Shown piece by piece: positions 62,047 to 63,686 of a stretch of 63,686 bases of DNA; position 1 is the first letter of the stretch, and every line of letters starts with the position of its first letter. Source of the stretch: Patescibacteria group bacterium (GTDB lineage Bacteria; Patescibacteriota; Microgenomatia; UBA8517); assembly GCA_041499035.1 (NCBI GenBank), contig JBGQJK010000004.1:1-63686 (forward strand). Direction: 5' to 3'. Under the pieces are notes generated by a model. The model saw only the letters and a program-made list of their open reading frames with translations. It was not told the origin of the DNA and did no database searches. The translations under genes were made by a program, and so were the position numbers.

Positions 62047-62646
62047 ATGAATTTTGACAAAGTCTTCAAAGTGTTTGAGAAACACTATGTATTGGTTCCT
62101 CTGGAAGTTTTCGGTAATGATCCATATAGAACTCTCGTTTCTACTCTCCTCTCTGCTCGTACCAAAGACGAAGTAACTCATGCGGCTTCAGACAGATTGT
62201 TTAAGGTGGCCCCAGACTTAAAAAGTTTAGGTCAATTAGATCAATTAGAAATTAGTAATTTGATATACCCCGTTGGATTTTATAAAACTAAAGCTAAACA
62301 TTTATACAATCTTGCCGAAAAATTATTGAAAGAGTTTAATGGAATTGTTCCGCAAACCCGAGAAGAATTGATCACTCTCCCGGGTGTGGGCAGAAAGACC
62401 GCAAACTTAGTTCTTAATAGAGCTTTCGGTATTCCTGCGATCGCAGTGGATACTCATGTTCATAGAATTAGTAATCTTCTCGGCTGGGTTCACACCAAAA
62501 CTCCCGAAAAGACGGAGTTAGAACTTATAAGAGTCCTCCCTAAAAAATACTGGCCCGATATGAATCGTTTATTCGTATCCATCGGCCGCCGGTTTACTTC
62601 AAAGAAAAAGCTGGGAGAGTTTCTAAAAAAGAATAAGTTGGTTTAA
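62047..62646 (+). CDS. nth: endonuclease III-like HhH-GPD DNA glycosylase lacking the C-terminal 4-Cys cluster
   Basis: LPGVGRKTANLVL (HhH with catalytic Lys) and VDTHVHRI (catalytic Asp). The last 40 aa contain no Cys. ATG at 62047 is preferred over the track's TTG at 62032. Confidence 0.75.
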   Translation: MNFDKVFKVFEKHYVLVPLEVFGNDPYRTLVSTLLSARTKDEVTHAASDRLFKVAPDLKSLGQLDQLEISNLIYPVGFYKTKAKHLYNLAEKLLKEFNGIVPQTREELITLPGVGRKTANLVLNRAFGIPAIAVDTHVHRISNLLGWVHTKTPEKTELELIRVLPKKYWPDMNRLFVSIGRRFTSKKKLGEFLKKNKLV

Positions 62647-63278
62647 TATGCGGCTATTGCCACACCAAAGCCACTCTGGGCGTAGGTGCAACCCCAAACA
62701 TATTGGCCTCCGGAAAGTAGTTCCTTATGTCCCAGCGTGTTCTCCCAAAGGTCCACGGCGTTTTGGGCAGATGTTGCGCCGCTTACCAGAAACTCTGCTA
62801 AATTATATTTATCAAAAGTCGGCTTTATATCGGGCCTATCGGCCGGCAACTTACTGAAACCCTCATGACCATCAAGGTGGCCCAAAGTTAGAATTTCATT
62901 TAAACGGAGTGAAGCGATTGTACACATCTCTTCCTTAACCTGAAGTGGGTTTACCCCAAGCTCTACACGTCTTTTATTTATTGCCTCCCAGAGCTGAGGT
63001 CCTCCCCAGCTGGCCGCGGGCTTCGGGGTAACATAAACAAAAACTGTTTTGACAATTGGAGGAGAAGTTGCAGACGGCACTGAAGAGGCTGCAGGACGAG
63101 TTGTTGCCGAAACAATTTGCGACAAAGATTTTTGGTCAACCGCTATTTGGTCACTTTTCCCGAAAGTATAACCTTTTGTATAACCGGCCAAAAATACCGA
63201 TAGGATCACAACGATCGCAGCAGTTACAACAACGGCTTCGCCCAAAACCCCTGCAAGTTTCTCAAATTTAATCGCCAT
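62643..63278 (-). CDS. anchored CAP/SCP (PR-1-like, YkwD-like) domain protein
   Basis: TM helix and linker, then LWEAINKRRVELGVNPL...HLDGHEGF...WENTLGHKELL...WGCTYA. Confidence 0.6.
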   Translation of the reverse strand: MAIKFEKLAGVLGEAVVVTAAIVVILSVFLAGYTKGYTFGKSDQIAVDQKSLSQIVSATTRPAASSVPSATSPPIVKTVFVYVTPKPAASWGGPQLWEAINKRRVELGVNPLQVKEEMCTIASLRLNEILTLGHLDGHEGFSKLPADRPDIKPTFDKYNLAEFLVSGATSAQNAVDLWENTLGHKELLSGGQYVWGCTYAQSGFGVAIAAY

Positions 63279-63686
63279 ATATTATTGTCACAGGCCCATC
63301 GAGTTCCGCATCGATAGTCATGTAATCGCCAAAACTACCAGTTTGAACTTCGATCTTCTTTTCTTTCAGTCTTGATATCAGAAGTTCGTAGAGTTTTTTT
63401 GCCTTAGGCGGATCCTCCGCATTAATAAAAGATGGTCTGTTTCCTCCGCTGGTATCCGCGTAAAGAGTGAATTGGGAAACAACCAAAATACTCCCTTCAA
63501 CATCGTTAACGGATAAATTCATTTTATCGGCCGAGTCTGACATAACCCTGAGTTTTGAAAGTTTTTCGGCAACCGACTCAACATCTTTTTCCGTATCCCC
63601 CTTTTTAAATCCCACCAAAACAAAAAGTCCTTTTTCTATTTGACCAACAATCTTTGACGATAATTTATCCTGAGCCCGTCGAAGGA
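63268..63686 (-). CDS. dtd: D-aminoacyl-tRNA deacylase, 5' end beyond the window
   Basis: SILVVSQFTLYADTSGGNRPSF...GSFGDYMTIDAELDGPVTII. The frame stays open upstream of the track's TTG start (...VGQIEKGLFVLVGFKKGD) to the window edge. Confidence 0.85.
   Translation of the reverse strand, partial: LRRAQDKLSSKIVGQIEKGLFVLVGFKKGDTEKDVESVAEKLSKLRVMSDSADKMNLSVNDVEGSILVVSQFTLYADTSGGNRPSFINAEDPPKAKKLYELLISRLKEKKIEVQTGSFGDYMTIDAELDGPVTIIYGD

Noticed and set aside
1-63686. Alternative genetic code (UGA recoding, as in some CPR lineages).
   Set aside because: Well-supported genes terminate at TGA at their expected lengths (e.g. 24063-24680 ends tga at 24678-24680). No conserved domain is interrupted by TGA.
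1-63686. tRNA, rRNA, tmRNA, RNase P, SRP RNA, CRISPR arrays, transposases or integrases.
   Set aside because: I read all intergenic gaps over 80 nt (2866-2958, 15049-15141, 17408-17848, 36045-36505, 37724-37819, 42939-43025, 46626-46732, 53021-53260, 61405-61543). None shows cloverleaf-like or conserved RNA signature sequences, and no ORF shows DDE, integrase or recombinase motifs. A covariance-model scan would be needed to be certain.

Overview
This is a 63.7-kb, moderately AT-rich, very tightly packed bacterial window with about 75 protein genes. Many gene ends overlap by a few bases. I found no rRNA, tRNA, CRISPR array, transposase or integrase by eye. The standard genetic code applies, since ORFs end in TAA, TAG and TGA.

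Gene content suggests a reduced-genome Patescibacteria/CPR (Microgenomates-like) organism, but this is inference only. The basis is an archaeal-type AspRS, a small housekeeping set (GluRS, RecJ, CCA enzyme, SecDF, Dtd, Nth), almost no biosynthesis, and many membrane-anchored secreted proteins with Pro/Thr linkers.

Bases ~1.5-17.4 kb form a secretome island:
- four paralogous metallophosphoesterases
- a GH99-like protein
- three membrane-anchored cohesin proteins
- three paralogous small anchored proteins
- a TMTC/PMT-like GT-C/TPR protein
- HupE/UreJ
- a DipZ-type thiol-disulfide reductase

The best candidate for a new system is the 9.7-15.7 kb locus. It pairs N-terminally anchored single-cohesin proteins with two dockerin-tagged metallophosphoesterases, which looks like a non-cellulosomal surface-display module.

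Other notable items:
- an FMN-bind/ApbE/RnfD-like::FNR fusion operon (32.8-35.5 kb)
- a 20-nt motif repeated three times around a two-gene accessory block that has leaderless-type promoters and an adjacent TAG-interrupted ORF (36.1-37.8 kb)
- two diverged MFP/ABC/FtsX-permease modules flanking a two-component system (38.0-46.6 kb)
- a promoter plus 1:2/3:4 attenuator-like leader in front of a 69-aa ORF (53.05-53.47 kb)

All functional calls rest on motif recognition in the supplied translations. No database search was run.
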